A stretch of 63,053 nucleotides of DNA, the filler included, from Pelomyxa schiedti (taxonomy: Eukaryota > Protista > Evosea): the NCBI GenBank assembly GCA_020536535.1. It is 16 parts of 16 records of this genome, joined end to end, with 100 filler letters (N's around TTAATTAATTAA, not from the genome) between each part and the next. Parts side by side here need not be neighbours in the genome. Positions count along the whole stretch, not along the records: positions 37,688 to 39,148 come from JAHLWZ010000528.1; positions 39,249 to 44,299 come from JAHLWZ010000062.1; positions 44,400 to 46,283 come from JAHLWZ010002222.1; positions 46,384 to 47,465 come from JAHLWZ010002864.1; positions 47,566 to 50,014 come from JAHLWZ010001987.1; 11 more parts are not named here. One strand, given 5' to 3'. Below the pieces are notes generated by a model, which was not told the DNA's origin, searched no databases, and worked only from the letters and a program-made list of their open reading frames with translations. Below, in pieces: positions 37,688-50,114 of the stretch (the first letter of the stretch is position 1; each line of letters starts with the position of its first letter). The position numbers and the translations under genes were made by a program.

Positions 37688-39148
37688 GCAAATGAGCAAT
37701 TTGCCCAAGCTCATTGTATTCAAGTTCTACATCATGCTGCAGCTTCAAGGCAATCTTATTTTCGTCAGTCAGCTGTACAAGCAAATAGGAATGCATACCT
37801 ATTTGATAGCTGTGATCTCCAAGCATCTCTATTCTGGCCACCATTGCAATTTGCTGCAAAACTGGCACTGGCATGACAATATGACAATTCTGTGGAGAGA
37901 TTCACACCATTGGAAGACATCCAATCATTTCAGCACTCAGGCATTCTCTCTTTGGCGAATTTCTGGTCATTTATTAGGCGGAGATCAAGGAATTGTTCTT
38001 ACCTGACACTGGAGGAATCAGCACTGTTTTCAAAGGCGTTTTCACACCATTTCGAAGCTCCTGCAATGGAATAAGTTATTCTGGCAATAGCAACCAGGAA
38101 AGGAATACCTGGAATTGCGCAGGAACTCTGGAAAGCAAATCTGAAGCACAGCAAACTCTGTTGCAATTTGAGGACTGATTTCCAATGTTGCATATCGGCC
38201 CTGCATGACAGCAATGCATTCTTCATCTATGGCAACAATGTTAGGCAATTCAGGCAATGCCAAGCTACACAGACTTCAAGGACCGATTGCACTGAAGTCC
38301 CAAAGAAGCCCACAAGCTCACAAAGTCATCCATTCTGGACAAACAGTTAGACACTGAGATNNNNNNNNNNNNNNNNNNNNNNNNNNNNNNNNNNNNNNNN
38401 NNNNNNNNNNNNNNNNNNNNNNNNNNNNNNNNNNNNNNNNNNNNNNNNNNNNNNNNNNNNGTTAGGCAATTCAGGCAATGCCAAGCTACACAGACTTCAA
38501 GGACCGATTGCACTGAAGTCCCAAAGAAGCCCACAAGCTCACAAAGTCATCCATTCTGGACAAACAGTTAGACACTGAGATCTGTGACTGGAACACATAC
38601 CAAAATCGAGGCAAGAGTACTTCTCCACATCTCACAGTTCATTCCTTAGCCTGCAAGCATCATCTAGCACATGCATCAAAGCAAAATCCTCATCATGGCG
38701 CAGCCATCAACTCAAGCATGAATTCTAATACCTACATTCAATTAGTTTACACACCAACATTCCTACATACCTGTAAGTCACATCAATTCACTGCAAATTC
38801 GGCCCTCATGCAAATTCCAACCAATTACTGCACAAGTCAACCATAACCTGCATCTGGCATCAGAATTATCATTGGTGCATTGATAGCACTTACCCCAATA
38901 TTCACACACTCATCCTGGACCGATTTTTTCAATTCTGCACTGTTCTGATTGACCCAAAGTGATTGCACTGTAATGGCATCAGCATTCACAAGTGAAAGTA
39001 CATAATTACCTGGCAACTGGCAGAAGACTTGTCCAACTTTCTGAGCACTCTTGCATCATTCTGTTCCAAGGAATCAAGCAGTCACACAAACTGGAGAGAC
39101 ATCAGTACGAATTTACCTCTGCTCACTGGAAGGCATACCAGCCTAGTT
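37688..39148 (+). mobile_element. highly decayed, CpG-poor element remnant, possibly non-LTR retrotransposon
   Basis: Stop-riddled frames with weak LINE-like phrases (FWSFIRR, GPIALKS...KVIH). Very few CG dinucleotides by eye. Confidence 0.2.
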
Positions 39149-39248
39149 NNNNNNNNNNNNNNNNNNNNNNNNNNNNNNNNNNNNNNNNNNNNTTAATTAA
39201 TTAANNNNNNNNNNNNNNNNNNNNNNNNNNNNNNNNNNNNNNNNNNNN

Positions 39249-39553
39249 TGGGGAGTGTTGTGTGGCAAGTGACAGAGTCATTGTTCTCAGTCCACAACAA
39301 TGTGCTCAACACAATTGATTTGTGGGACTGCAACGACATGACAGCGCCAAAGATCAGGATTGAGGGTGTTGAAGTCAACAGCATCACAGGCAATGGACTT
39401 GTCTTCTTTGCTTCTGGCAAGAGTCAGAGCCTTTGTGTGATGGAACCATCATCATCAGGAGGGACTGTTGTTGCATGCGTCGAATTCCTCAGTCCTGGAT
39501 GCCAGGTCACCCAACTCGATGAACTCAGCATTAGATGTTCCTGGCTCCTTTGA
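39249..39553 (+). CDS. 3' fragment of a member of the lineage-specific family seen at 39846-41060
   Basis: TIDLWDCNDMTAP and FFASGKSQSLCVMEPSSSG resemble AEIWDCNNTSAA and FEVVEASTG in the neighbouring ORF. Confidence 0.5.
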
Positions 39554-39845
39554 AGAAAAATAAGAGCACGTTTACCTTATTTGTCCCTGTTGTGATTGTG
39601 TCATTGCCGTATTGGACTGGGCACTCCTTTTTCCGCTCCTTTGACATGCCAGTCCATTCGACACCCAGAGAAGGTTTTGAAAGCCTAGCATTGATCGCAA
39701 GAGAGAAGACAGGAGCGTGGGTTTCTCACTACTGCCGGACCTTTCTCCTCTATGGGAAACACACACCGAAACTTATGGGCCGCCAGAATAAAATTACGAA
39801 AAACAGACCCTAACGACTAACCGTCACAACAAACATTTCTTTTTG

Positions 39846-41060
39846 ATGCAAAGAATCACTTTGACGGTCGATCATGTAGTCTCACAACGCGCAAGGGAGC
39901 AGATCCTCGCGTTGTTGACGGCGTCCCACAATCGGTGCGGTGCAGCAAGCCCCGCCCACCACTTTGCATCTCTTCCCCCTCTCGCCACCGCGCCATTGTG
40001 GGACTGGTGCCTCCACGACACCGAGGCCCTCGTCGTCGTGACAGCTCTTCTGCCCTTCGTCGATCGGGTGTGCTTTTTCACATTTGGGATCTCTTGTGCC
40101 TTGATGAGTGTCACCAGGGAAATAAATAATAAGCTCGGGTGTTGGGCGTGCAACGGCGTTTGTGCTTGGGCTGCTCCCATAAGCCCGAACCTCGAAGTGG
40201 TGTCCATAACAACCATGACCACTGGCACACTTTCACTGTTCAATGTTGCCACGCAGAAGATGGAGGAATTGATCACATCAAGCTCTTGCCATTTTTGTAG
40301 TGGAAATGAAAAGTGGTGGTTGCACTTCGATGACCTCAGGACACTCACAATCGCAAACCTGATTGTGGGTGTGGAAGAAGGAGCCACCAGCGTGATCAGC
40401 AGTAGATTTGAGATTCAATTACTGATTCACGACGAGGCAACTGCAAATGTTCTCAAGTGTCAGGGAATTTTCTTCAACATGAAAATCACTGATGAAGCCA
40501 TGCTTCTGATGCATGACTCTGTGGCTGAGCTTGATTTAATTGTGCTGATTGATATCAAGAATACCTTTGTGACCAAAAAGCTGTCGTTGTTGAGCTTCAC
40601 AAAGTGCCTTGGCCAAGGGGAGATTGTTGCTGGAATCTTCATGATTAAATCCACTGGACAGCACATATTTTTTGTTATGATCCATCTGGCAGAGTACTTT
40701 GACCTCATGCGCCCTGCTGTGTATGAAGTTGCAGAGGGCACTGGCACCAGGAAGTCACTTTCCAATGACGTTGAGAGCTTGTCACAGCTGAGCTCCTTCC
40801 TGTTTTGCATCTTAAAGTGTGATACATCTGCTGAAATCTGGGATTGCAACAACACATCAGCAGCACTGAGAGTGATTGCATCATCAATCTCCAGGCTGGA
40901 TGTCCAATCCTGGCCACCAGTGGTGGCAGGCCCTTTCCTCATTGCCACAAGGCACGACCACAGCCACTTTGAGGTTGTGGAAGCTTCCACAGGTGCAAAA
41001 ATCACCACCATTTCACTTGGCTCAATGATTGGTATGTTTGATGCTGTGGCTTTCATGTGA
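39846..41060 (+). CDS. intronless 404-aa hypothetical protein of an expanded family (N-terminal REQ..AL....H.RCG..SP motif, beta-rich body)
   Basis: Clean long ORF. The N-terminal motif recurs in three other ORF starts in the window. Confidence 0.75.
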   Translation: MQRITLTVDHVVSQRAREQILALLTASHNRCGAASPAHHFASLPPLATAPLWDWCLHDTEALVVVTALLPFVDRVCFFTFGISCALMSVTREINNKLGCWACNGVCAWAAPISPNLEVVSITTMTTGTLSLFNVATQKMEELITSSSCHFCSGNEKWWLHFDDLRTLTIANLIVGVEEGATSVISSRFEIQLLIHDEATANVLKCQGIFFNMKITDEAMLLMHDSVAELDLIVLIDIKNTFVTKKLSLLSFTKCLGQGEIVAGIFMIKSTGQHIFFVMIHLAEYFDLMRPAVYEVAEGTGTRKSLSNDVESLSQLSSFLFCILKCDTSAEIWDCNNTSAALRVIASSISRLDVQSWPPVVAGPFLIATRHDHSHFEVVEASTGAKITTISLGSMIGMFDAVAFM

Positions 41061-41371
41061 CAACTGAAAAGATTAAAAAATGAGGTCTCCCCAGCCTCAG
41101 ACATTTACACTGTTGGCCTAATGTATCCCGCGGACCTGCAGTGACTCAATACCTTGGTTTTCAGTCATTACTGTTGCTGGTTGTGACCATAATATTTAGT
41201 TGTCCATGTTACAACAAGCTCTTACAACCAGATGCCTCACACCCTGTGGGCACAGAAATTCACAGACAAATATTTTTTCCGGTACCAGATTTTCGTTTTT
41301 TGTACCAAAAAGCCCCTAGTGTGAGTCCCAAATGTGTTGCACAGGTGTTTATTTTCTTCGTTAATCATGAT

Positions 41372-44299
41372 TCATGATGAAGACTTGGAGGACTTGGACT
41401 TTGTTGACTTGGACTTTGTTGACTTGGACTTTGGTGACTTTGACTTGGATGATTTCGAGGACTTCTTCTTGTTCTTCTTTGGTGCCTTGGGCGTTTCCTT
41501 TTCCGAGGAGGATGACGTCGCGGTCGTGGTGGCTGATGTGGTGGTTGCCGATGCCGATTTGGGTGTTGGATTGGATTCGGAGGAAGAACCAGAGGGAGGA
41601 GCATCCTTCTCAGGTGCCGCCGGTTTTGGCTTGGGCTTTGGTGGCTTGTAGTTCTTGAAGGGCAGAAGCTCATACTTGCTCATGGATTCCCACAGCCACT
41701 GGAACACAATGAGTANNNNNNNNNNNNNNNNNNNNNNNNNNNNNNNNNNNNNNNNNNNNNNNNNNNNNNNNNNNNNNNNNNNNNNNNNNNNNNNNNNNNN
41801 NNNNNNNNNNNNNNNGGAGGAGCATCCTTCTCAGGTGCCGCCGGTTTTGGCTTGGGCTTTGGTGGCTTGTAGTTCTTGAAGGGCAGAAGCTCATACTTGC
41901 TCATGGATTCCCACAGCCACTGGAACACAATGAGTAAAAAACCGCGGACCGCGGAAATTGTGCGATGTGCAATGCGCGAGTGTGTGAGATAGAGAAATTG
42001 GGGAGATGTTATGTGTGATTTGGTTGATCGTTTAATAGTGCGGTACATACAGCTTCATTAACAACGTTGGCGGAAGGTGGAGCTTCAATGGCAGTGGAAT
42101 CTGGACCTTGGATAACGACAGCAGAGTCTCCTACCTCGTCCATAGCCTGTTCCGTTGATTAATTTTGGTTGGGCTTCGTTGTTTTGGATATAATTGTCTA
42201 ATGGGATTAAAAGAGAACCGTTCCCCCGGCGAATTCAATCAGCTTTTCAATCTGATGGACTGGGGCTGAAGTTCCTACATTAACATAGATTTTCAAGTCA
42301 TGAAGGAGTCCTTTGTGATCGGCCGAGGCTGGAATTGAGAATTAAGATACAAGAAATGAGGTTACTATTTGCGTTTGCATACCATGTGCCTCTCGAGATT
42401 TTTTACATCCCGGAAATATGTTCACAAGTTCGTACTTTGCCTCTTTGATCAAATGCCCTTGACCAAAGCTCTTTGCAAGCCATTTCATTGGAAGAATCCA
42501 AGACCCTGTTAGCGAGTGAGTGTTACTGGGGAAGAGAGGTCAGTATTCTAACCTTGCGCAATTCCCATCAGCACTTTGAATCCCCTTTTCGGCGGCTCAC
42601 CGCAAATTACATGAGTGGTGTGTTCATCAACTTCAGGTGCCAGTTCACCATCAATAGACTCAACCATATTTGTAAGTTGTGCTCTGTTTTATCATTAGCG
42701 TTTGATAGTGATTCAACTGGAGATTTCCATACTTTTGCTCAGGAGCAACAAAAGTCAGTACACAAAAGAATCCTGGCTGGGTTGAAGTGTTATTCCAGAA
42801 AGACACTTAAATAGGTACCGTAGAAACAGTGAGAGTAGAGTCCCTCTCTTTCTTTTTTTTAGAACCTGCTATGCGACGCTTTTTATTCTCTGGTGCCTGT
42901 AACTGTGAGCCAAAAGAAAGCCTAGTACTCACGTACTGCTGCATTTGTGGCATCAGCTGGAGATCGCTTTTCTGGTGCCACTTTTTCATCATCTTTGGGA
43001 GAGGTACTTTTTTTCTTGCTTGATTTGGCAGCCTTTGAATCGGTTGAGGTTGTAGAAGTAGTTGAGGATTTTGTTGCATCTTCAGTTATTTCTTTCTCTT
43101 TATGACTTCTGAGTTTGCCTTTCTTGGGTTTCGCTTCTCCCGCGTCTTCTTCCTTGGAAGACTTTTTCTTGTGCTTTTCCTTTGACTTGTCATCCTTTGA
43201 TTTGCTTTTGGAGTGCTTTGACTCCTCCTTTGCTTTGGGGTCAGATTTTGGGGGTTTATCTTCAGTTTCAGGTTTTTCCGGTTTGGACTCTGCTGTGGAT
43301 TTACTATCAACTTTAGCTTTGGTGTCAGTGGGTTTGGTGTCTTTCGGCTTACTGTCTGTTGTAGATTTGGAAGAGTTGGGTGCCTCTGCTTCGACTTTTT
43401 TTGCTGGGTCAGACTTGAGGGCAGATGTACCAGTTACGCTGGTAGAGGAAGTTGCAACAGTGGGCTCTGATGTACTTGATTTGGTGGGAGGTGCTGGTTT
43501 CTGTGGTACAGTGAATCTACAATTGAAGAAGTTGTTTATACATCTAGGTCATCAGTGCCGGGTTTTTTGTCAAGCTCTTCATCACTGAGGTTGTCAATGA
43601 AGTCATCCCCACCAGCTGAGATGATATTAATAGAAGTTAAGGGGAAGGAGCACACTCACTGAAATGGATTTCTCCAAAACCCTCAGAAATCAGATCGGAT
43701 GACATCCTGTGATAATGAGACAAACGTGTAGAGAGCGTTGAGTGCTAAAAACCTTGGCAGGGAATCAGTGGATTCAGAGGAATCAAGTATTTTCGTATCC
43801 TTTGCTGCTGTGTCATTGACACTTGGCGCTGGTTTACTCGGCACTTCAGCAGTTTTTGACTTGCTTGGTGCGTCGGGAGAGCTCACTCTGTAATTCTCTT
43901 CCTCGACGTGCTTGTTGTGAGCAATGCATCTGATCGGGGTTAACAAAAAAAATCCTGCACGGGATACTATACTGATCAAGCCAATCTAGTGAAACTATAT
44001 GCTGAGCAGGTGACTTCTTTGCTTTTGCCCAATCTTGTTGAGACCCTCCAACCCACACAATGTGTGTTAGTGAAGAGCCATATCTCTGCAGCACCTTGAT
44101 TTGGAATTAAACAAGAGAAAAAATATAGGTGTTAAAATAAGGAATTTTGTGGATAATAATAAAAATAAAAAAAAAACCTTGCCGCCCAAGTTTGTTACTA
44201 TCTGAGAATAGTCTTTGGGTTTTACATCAGTTCCGTTGGCAGGTACGCCCACAATGTACAATCTCACATCGGACAGAGGTCCGTCATTCCTTCCCGCTA
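41372..44299 (-). CDS. three-BRCT protein with microcephalin (MCPH1)-like layout; 5' end lost at the contig edge
   Basis: N-terminal BRCT (PLSDVRLYIVG...NLGGKV...LTHIVW...VSLDWL), a long K/S/E linker, and tandem C-terminal BRCTs (TTHVICG...KVLMGIAQG.WILPMKWL; LLHDLKIYV...LIEFAGG...WLWESMSKYELLPFKNY), then a Lys/Ser tail. Confidence 0.72.
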
Positions 44300-44418
44300 N
44301 NNNNNNNNNNNNNNNNNNNNNNNNNNNNNNNNNNNNNNNNNNNTTAATTAATTAANNNNNNNNNNNNNNNNNNNNNNNNNNNNNNNNNNNNNNNNNNNNT
44401 TGCCGGGATTTGTTGATG

Positions 44419-46040
44419 TTTTGTGCCGCGGGGCGGTTGGCGCGGCGCCGCGGCGGCAGCGCGGCGTGTGTGTTCGTTGAATCGGGTCTCGCCGCGGCTG
44501 CGCGGCACTGACATAAATGGCATGTTTGGGGTTGTGGAGACGGTGCAGTGACTTGCCTCTTTGTTTATCTCCAACTGCCATCAAAAAAATCGCTGCTACG
44601 AGGGGAGACCATGCCACCCCTGGGGTGAAGAGGAACAAGCGGTACCCGCCTTGTCTCTTCCATCACGTCGTGCCATCTAATATTAATTGTTTTATTTCTG
44701 AATCAATTAAATTAATTTATATATATTTATATTTATTAATTATTTATTATTAATTTAATTAAAAGTAATTTTTTTCGCATTTACGCCTTGTAATAAGGTA
44801 ATAAGGCCTACAGCATTGCCGCACCCATTTAATGTATTTCCGAGCCTTCCACTGGTATGTGGCTTCTTGTTTCTTTGTTTTCTTTTTCCCATAGTAGATA
44901 ACTATCATTCCAGCGGGCAAGGTACATTCCATCTGTTCTTTCAGCACTGGGACACTGATATGCTTTTTTTTTACACTTAGGTGGTCAACTTGCCTGCCGC
45001 TGCTGACATGACAACCACGTACATCCTTCTCCTTTTTTGTCAACCCAACCAACCCCAACTTCCCTAACCCACTCTCCCGCTTTTCCGCTTTCAACTACCA
45101 CACTTTACTGTGACGGGTGCACAACAAGGCCCAAATTTCCCTTCTTACTCTTTCACTCTCATGCGTACCCACAACGCCCACTTCTCTCCAAAATGTGGAT
45201 TTAAAAAAACGTGGCACGATTTTGTATCCAAGGACTTAGTGCGGAAAACTTTTTTTTTTTGCCTGAAGTCGATTTCGACTTCAGGCTTGTACATAGAGGT
45301 GTGAGGTGAGGATGGTGAGAGTGAGTGTGAGGAATTCGGCCTGGTGCCCAGTCTGGTACCTAGTACGTTGAGTGGGGTGACGAGGGGGGAGGGATGCACG
45401 TTGGCGGTTGCCATCTCGGCAGCTGGCGCAGCTGTAAAAAAAAAAAAAGATACATACCACCGTGCCAGAAAAATAAAATACAGAAGAAAGTTACCTAGCC
45501 AGCTGGGATTACAGACACCACATCCGGCACCTAAATTATCCTAAGTGAGAAAACGAAGAAAGAAGAAGCCACATACTGGTGTAAAGCTGCCGTAAATACT
45601 GGTGTAATGCGGAGACTTCTAATACAGGTTGAATGGAAAAAAGAACTGGAGGCGTAATTAAAATTATTTAATAATTTTAAATTTAATTATTAATTAATAA
45701 GAAAGAAGTTAATACATATAATTATTTAAAAATAAATTCGTTAAATAATAAAATCAAAAACACTCCGATAAATAAAATAATAACAAGTTGTGGCGAAGAA
45801 GACAACAAAAAGCAAATGGGTACTGCTTGTCCACTGCTTGTTCCTCTTCCCCACCTGGCGGCATGGCCTCCCCTCGTCGATTTTTTTTGTGGTTCTAGCG
45901 ATAATCAAAAGACCCAGCCACTGAACAATCACCAAAACCCATTTATGTCAAGGCCGCGCAGCCGCGGCGAGACCCGATTCAACGAACACACACGCCGCGC
46001 TGCCGCCGCGGCGCCGCGCCAACCGCCCCGCGGCACAAAA
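44419..46040. mobile_element. 1.62-kb non-coding element with ~100-bp near-perfect GC-rich TIRs, longer degenerate inner arms and a central hairpin
   Basis: 44419-44521 is the reverse complement of 45939-46040 with 2 mismatches. Inner inverted matches continue (ACGAGGGGAG.CCATGCC, GAAGAGGAACAAGC, AAGAAGCCACATAC). No TSD seen. Confidence 0.8.
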
Positions 46041-46384
46041 GCGGGCCGCTTCACCCTGCCTTGCTCACTAAAAAATTCTGTTTTTCTCACTTGACTCGCC
46101 CCCCGGTGTACATCATCCATCACCTCTTTTTTCCATTGTAAACTTTTTTTTTTTGTTTCATTATATCTCGTTGGGCGCTACCGGACAATTTCACACTTAA
46201 CTCCGAGTTATGGGTCGTGAACGTTTGTAACCAAAAAATGTTATGGGTGCTGTTTGTGTCATTTGTGAACACTTTGTTTTGAGNNNNNNNNNNNNNNNNN
46301 NNNNNNNNNNNNNNNNNNNNNNNNNNNTTAATTAATTAANNNNNNNNNNNNNNNNNNNNNNNNNNNNNNNNNNNNNNNNNNNNA

Positions 46385-46680
46385 ATGTCAACAACAACAG
46401 TGTCGTACCCAACAACAACCACAACGACGAGCGTGGATCGACTGCCATCGTCGGGCACCACCATCAAAACAACAAGGAGAACCACAACGACGGTGGAGAC
46501 CACCACCGAGACCGAGGGTGGGAGCCTGTTGATGATGAGGGACCAAGTTGGGGCGCTGGCCGCGGGCACACACCCGAGGTGCGGGGCAGCGTGCCCACTC
46601 CAGTGTGTGCTTCTGTGGGATGTAGTTCGTTGTGTGACGGCAAAGCAGAGAACAAGAACGAGATCAAGAAAGAGATTCTA
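46385..46680 (+). CDS. short or truncated member of the RDQ..AL....HPRCG family
   Basis: T-rich leader, then MRDQVGALAAGTHPRCGAACPL...LWDVV. Confidence 0.5.
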
Positions 46681-47566
46681 TTATTTGTTCTGTTTGTTTG
46701 TTGTTTGTTTCGATTTATGAGGTTTGGGTCGTGATTCTAAGGTCGGAGTGTGTCGGGCTTATAAGGACTCGAAAACGACACCCTGATTCCAAAGTGTGTG
46801 CAAGTTCCCCAATTTGGATGGGATTGGGGAGATTTAAGACAATTTGTGTGAACATTGGGGAGCTGAATTTGTACCCAAATTGGTAGTCGAAACCCAAAGT
46901 GGGGATCTCTCCATACCACTTAGTCAGACTCAGAAGTCGATTCGCTCCAACCGGGAAGGGACCAACGCGCCCAGGATTAATTAACTGAGTTGATTGTTTA
47001 TACACTTGTCTCCTCTCAGTTGGTGCCGACTGCAGCAAGACCGTGCGTGTCACGCGGGTGGGTGACTGGTGGTGCGACAGACCCTCACATTTTGGTGCCA
47101 GGTCAGAACGTTCTGTTGTTCGGTATCGGTTTTTTTTTTCCCGATGTTTTCTTTGTTTGTTTATAATTTTATTGTGTTTTGTCCACCGGTCTTTTGTTGT
47201 TGTTTCTCGGTTTTGCTTTTGTTTTTTTTTCTTCTTTCTGTTTTTGTTCTTGTTCTCACAACAACACAGGTCATTGAAGATTCCATGACAAGGAGAAGGG
47301 GCACAGCGGTATGTTTCCATTTCTCTTCTCCGTTTTTCTTTTTCGACTTCTCACATTTGAAAACCGGGTGGTGTTGCCGATGTCAGCAGAATGTGTGTGT
47401 GTGCGGGTTGGCTCCATTCCACCGGTATTCCTCTTCTTGAGTCCCCCCCCCCCCCCCCCCCCCCCNNNNNNNNNNNNNNNNNNNNNNNNNNNNNNNNNNN
47501 NNNNNNNNNTTAATTAATTAANNNNNNNNNNNNNNNNNNNNNNNNNNNNNNNNNNNNNNNNNNNNG

Positions 47567-50014
47567 ACGTTCCACGTGGAGTGGGTGCGATGCATGGGGA
47601 TCGTGATGATCGTGGCATGCAACGTGGGGATACCGTGGTACGGCGGCGGTTTCATCGGCGTCGACGTCCTGTTCGTGACTGCTGGATACACCGTGTTTGG
47701 TCCCGCCGTGCGTCGACGATGCTACTCTTCTTCTTCTTCTTCTTCTTCTTCCTCTTCCCTTTCCTCTTTCTTTCCTTTCTTCCTTTTTTGGCCAGACAAT
47801 GTGTTTCGTTCCCTCTGAAATGCTCTGGCAGGTTCAAGCCCTTTTGTCGGACAGCTTCTCGGCGTTGGAATTCTTGTTCACACAGATGAAGAGAACGGCT
47901 CTGCCAGTAGCAGTCAACCTCACGGCACTCGTGTCGATGCTCCTTATTTTTCGTTCAGCGGGAGAAGAATGCAGCTGCTTTGCCGACACAGCGGCCACGA
48001 GCTTACGTTTTACGAATATTCGCTTCTTCCTCAGTGGGTTCTCCACCGACTCCCCTGTGTTCCATTACTGGGCGGTATCCCTTGAGGAGCAGCTTTACCT
48101 CGTCTTACCGTTGGTCATGATCGCGTGCAGGTCTGTGCTGCCACCGAGATTGCTCAAGAAGTTGCTTATTCCCGCGATATGCATCTCTTCAGCGGTGTTG
48201 CTGGCCCTCTTTTTTGTTCAAACCCACGAATGGAAGTTCTTTCTTCCAACCTCAAGAATATGGGAGTTTGCTGCTGGTGCACTTGTTCATCACTTGCACT
48301 GCACAAACGACGGCGACGGCGACGGCGACGGCGGTGATGAAGAAGATAAACGGCGGCAGAGAAAACACAGGTTCTATTGGATAGAAAGTATTCTGAAAAG
48401 TTCGCAGCTCTATCTGGCTTGTGTTGCTGCTGCGATTGTGATCGGCCTGGGTGCAGTTGCTTCCATGAGTAATTACCCGAATTTCGTCACTGCGGGTGTC
48501 GTATTTCTGACTGCGTACCTCCTCTGGTGCAAGTTCGACAACAAGTCTCTTGTTGGGACCGTGACTTCAATATTGGGGAGGATGTCCTTCTCGTTTTATA
48601 TTTACCACTATCCGTGCATACAGCTGATGAAGATTTTTGACAGAGTTTATGGCCTTGCCACAACAGTGGTTGTCCCAGCTTTGACGCTCACAGTTTTGTT
48701 GAGCACCCTGAGTTACAAGGGTGTGGAGCAGCGCGTTCAAAGGAACAAATGGAGCAAGAAACAAATCGCAGGGGTGTTCTTCCTTGGAATCGTCATCCCA
48801 CTCTTCCTGTCTGTGCTTGGCAATGGTGGCTCTTTGACCGCGGCACATCCTCCAAGTTACGCGACACGGATTGCTGCTGCTGCCTCTTCCAGCTCCTCAA
48901 GCTCAATTTCTTCTTCCTCCTCTTCTCAAAGCAGTTCATACTCCTTGTCTTCGTCATCATCTTCTTCTCCTCCTCCTCAACATGAAACTATTATCCCCTG
49001 GCACTACAATATCACCAACAATCGCTCCAAAACCCTTTTCAACGAGCTAGGGAAGGTAGGTTGGGCTTTCTACAACTACCCCGATTATGAGAATGCCTGG
49101 AGGATGGTCAGAAATCGCTCCACGGAGGTAGGCATTGCGCTTGTGGGCGATTCACAAGCAATGCAGTGGTGGAGGCACGTCGACCACTACGCGGCAGAAG
49201 TCGGTGCCTCCTCTATGCTCGCTGCCCACTCCACCAAGTTTGGCAAGAACTTCTACTGGTACGGAGGCGCAGCCACCAGGATGGTAATACCGAAGCTTTT
49301 TGGCAACTACAAACACATGGTCATAGTCGTGTGTGGCCTTATTGGAATAAACGTGACCGCTAGCACCTCTTTTCAAGATGTTATCAGGTTCTGGAGAAAA
49401 GCTGGCCCTGTGGTCATCCTGTCTGCAACTCCTTGGCACCGTCTGAATCCTAATCTGTGCATTAAGTCGTTCACGAACCTCACTGCATGTCACGTGCCTG
49501 TGCACAATATGACCCCCGCCATGGACATAAAACTCTTCGACTACTTCTCCAAAAACGGAACATTTGACGGCAACATCACCGTCATGTCAATGAGAGACAT
49601 CGGATGTTGGATGGTGTCTGCTATCCAAATGTAAGTGTGACGTGACGTGACGTGATGTGACGTGACGTGACGTGACATGTACATTTTTATACATATACAC
49701 TTAAAAAAAAAAAAAAAAAAAACAGCCACAACAAACCCAAGACAAACCTCAACAACAAAAAAACAACAAAAACAAACAAAAAAAATACAAAAAACAATAC
49801 AAAAAACAACAAAAAAAATCTCACAAACCAAAAAAAAAAAATTACAAAAAAAAAAAACCCAGGCTGGGGATGTGCCCTTGTGGAGAGACAACTATCATTA
49901 CTCGGACCAAATCTTGAAGCACCCTGCCACCTACACTTTGTTCTCTGAGAGGTTGGACTCGCAGCCGCAGATGAAAGCGCTCAAGGCTCAGGGCGTCATC
50001 CACGACAGAGTTTA
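47567..50014 (+). CDS. acyltransferase-3 (OafA/OatA-like) + SGNH fusion; partial; introns 47708-47795 and 49614-49862
   Basis: GGFIGVDVLFV, HYWAVSLEEQLYLVLP, PTSRIWEFAAG, LGRMSFSFYIYHYP, LSYKGVEQ. SGNH motifs LVGDSQA and DNYH. Both phase-0 introns restore the frame. Confidence 0.85.
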
Positions 50015-50114
50015 NNNNNNNNNNNNNNNNNNNNNNNNNNNNNNNNNNNNNNNNNNNNTTAATTAATTAANNNNNNNNNNNNNNNNNNNNNNNNNNNNNN
50101 NNNNNNNNNNNNNN

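Noticed and set aside
41372-41707. Stand-alone histone H1/protamine-like small ORF
   Set aside because: It begins with WLWESMSKYELLP..Y, the end of a BRCT fold, so it is better read as the last exon of the BRCT gene.
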